A stretch of 64,000 bases of DNA from positions 10,354,001 through 10,418,000 of the forward strand of contig CM106585.1 of the NCBI GenBank assembly GCA_048013815.1, read 5' to 3'. This document shows, piece after piece, positions 63,715-64,000 of the stretch (positions are counted from its first letter, which is position 1; each line of letters starts with the position of its first letter). The notes under the pieces are model-generated. The model saw only the letters and a program-made list of their open reading frames with translations. It did no database searches and was not told the DNA's origin. Position numbers and translations under genes: made by a program. The DNA comes from Setoptus koraiensis (Eukaryota > Animalia > Arthropoda).

Positions 63715-64000
63715 ATTCACATATTGGACTTGATAGATTTGCATACTAAAATACACACTTCATATTTAGGCGCGATATCAAATAATAGTGCCAAGTAAGC
63801 TGGATTAAGTCCGGTCCGAGCTGATATTGTTTAGTTGGATCGGCGAGAAAACTACAGTTCCTAAAAAGTTGTATTAATTAGAAGAGATTAATAATATATA
63901 GTCGCCATGTTATGATTGAGCAGCCGAACGACTTTAATACGACGATAGCAAATTGCTATCAAATATAGAAGATAACTATCCGAAGCGGGATAGAATAATC

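Noticed and set aside
1-64000. tRNA, rRNA, snRNA and transposase/reverse-transcriptase genes
   Set aside because: No cloverleaf, conserved rRNA/snRNA strings or DDE/RT motifs noticed by eye; tRNAscan, Infernal and Dfam searches would be needed to exclude them fully

Overview
Eukaryotic (animal, arthropod-type) genomic DNA. The only protein-coding gene I can support is a + strand zfh2 / ZFHX3-ZFHX4-family zinc-finger homeodomain transcription factor. It has a 355-nt coding exon (51068-51422) and a 7.7-kb coding exon (55074-62776) joined by a phase-compatible GT-AG intron, predicting 2685 aa with 6 recognisable zinc fingers and 3 homeodomains in very Q/N/S-rich linkers. The first ~50 kb has no recognisable protein-coding sequence. 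It reads as the gene's large upstream/5'-intronic regulatory territory, with candidate 5' exons, a TATA-rich proximal promoter at ~50.0-50.1 kb, three exact CTCF-consensus matches, several perfect hairpins, many minisatellites and microsatellites, and very frequent GGGCCC. I found no rRNA, tRNA, CRISPR array or recognisable transposase, and no clearly new multi-gene system. The best leads are the stripped-down Zfh2 domain set, a possible alternative 3' splice that swaps the C-terminus, the CTCF-like cluster, and a nested stem-loop island at 17.6 kb. All coordinates and motif matches were read by eye; no database searches were run.
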